This document shows, in pieces, positions 62,632 through 64,000 of a stretch of DNA of 64,000 nt. Origin of the DNA: Octopus sinensis (Eukaryota); the NCBI RefSeq assembly GCF_006345805.1, contig NC_043006.1, forward strand, positions 12,834,001 through 12,898,000. The letters are read 5' to 3'. The position numbers and the translations under genes were made by a program. Under the pieces are notes generated by a model. The model did not search any database, was not told where the DNA came from, and saw only the letters and a list, made by a program, of their open reading frames with translations. Each line of letters opens with the position of its first letter. Position 1 is the first letter of the stretch.

Positions 62632-64000
62632 TTACGCACATACGGATATGAGTGTTCTGTGTGTGTTTATTTCAAATAGTGTATTCTACCCGTTTTTGTT
62701 TATGTCTATATATCTTATGTATCTTTTGCTGCTGGAGACAAAATAAGCCGTCTTCGCCTTATACCTATGCCAATGTCTAGACATTGTTGCAAACTTATGC
62801 TCACATCATCTCATCCGCCATTATATTTTATATACTTCTCACACCTACAACATATGAGTCATTATTTTGCAATGATTCCTTCTTTTTCGGTTGATTTGAT
62901 TCCTATTTCTACCTGGTCGGTTGGCTATGTAGAGACTTCAACATTACTAGATACATTCGGTCTCAAAATGAGAACGACAAATCAAAGTTGGTACTCATCG
63001 TTTCGCATGAGAGGTGAAATACAACTAGATTTAACATTGTATTCCATCACTTTGATATCAATGTAAAAAGTACCAGGAATGCACCGTAGTAAAAATAATC
63101 TTACAAAGCTTTGTTATGTGAGATCATCCAAATTATTATTTACTACAAATTAAATGTACAGAGGAAGAGAAATTTTCTTCTCGTTTCGAAATAAAATTAA
63201 AATTAAGAAGAAAAAAAATGAATACTATGTTTAATGTCCCTGGCTAATTTCATGTATGAATAGCTGCTAATACGTAAGTAATTGAGATTAAAACAATTTA
63301 AATTAAAAATTAAAATTTAAATGAGTTTCATTACGTAGTTATTGGAAATCTATGTAGTATTTACATAACAAAGTAGAATAAAATGTAAATTGAAATAGTA
63401 TAGTGATAGCACTTTTTATCCTCCGGAAATGATGTAGCTTCATGAAAATAACAGTGACCCGAAGACATTAATATTGATGTACGTATTCTTTACGCAGAAT
63501 TTAATAAAGTTTATCGGTAAATTTCCCTTGAAATCAATATTCATATTGTAATTTTATTCGCTCAAAGGTCAATGTATTACATTAAAATATAAAAGAAAAA
63601 AAATCAACAAATAAAGCAATGTTTTAGTTTCACTATTCATATAGTTATATTTCCATATCATTGGAAATTTTACCATTCATATCACAGGAGATTACTCCAG
63701 TCATTTCTAAATTTTTCTACCAGAAGAATCAATGATGGCTTTCAGACTGTTCGCCAATTTAATATTAGTTCGGTGTGGTATCGAATCATCGTCTCTCTAC
63801 TCTACGCTTTTATGGGCCTAGGGAATTTCAGAATCGGTATTACAAACTCATGGTCGACATTTCCTAAATTCACAGCAACAATTCTGCGACGCTGATTCAA
63901 GTAAACAACAAAAGTGTCCATAAATTTTAGCGGCATTCTAGCTGATAGCTAAAGGATTTCATTTCATTTGTTAAGCTCCATATTCGCTTAGCTAATGAGA

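Overview
AT-rich animal genomic DNA, intronic or intergenic, saturated with microsatellites and transposable elements. The SINE types and (TA)n/(TAA)n load suggest an octopus genome (inference, not proven). No host gene can be confidently identified; only weak candidate exons are offered. Nearly all ORF-track entries are microsatellite or repeat translations. Supported content: about 40 copies or fragments of three tRNA-derived SINE groups (here A, B, C) with swapped 3' modules, one TSD-flanked A/B chimera and several dimers; a cluster of R4/Dong-type non-LTR retrotransposon fragments sitting in (TAA)n tracts, all in the same relative orientation; a second RLE-type LINE; CR1/L2-type 3' ends; a Penelope GIY-YIG fragment; two Penelope-type terminal fragments each carrying a minimal hammerhead ribozyme motif; dead mariner and Tc1 transposases; two non-autonomous Helitrons; and seven unrelated foldback/MITE inverted repeats. 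The most notable observations are the two hammerhead motifs with covarying stems, a 200-bp insert inside a mariner stitched from two nearby loci (templated-repair signature), and modular SINE tail exchange. All alignments were done by eye, so identities are approximate.
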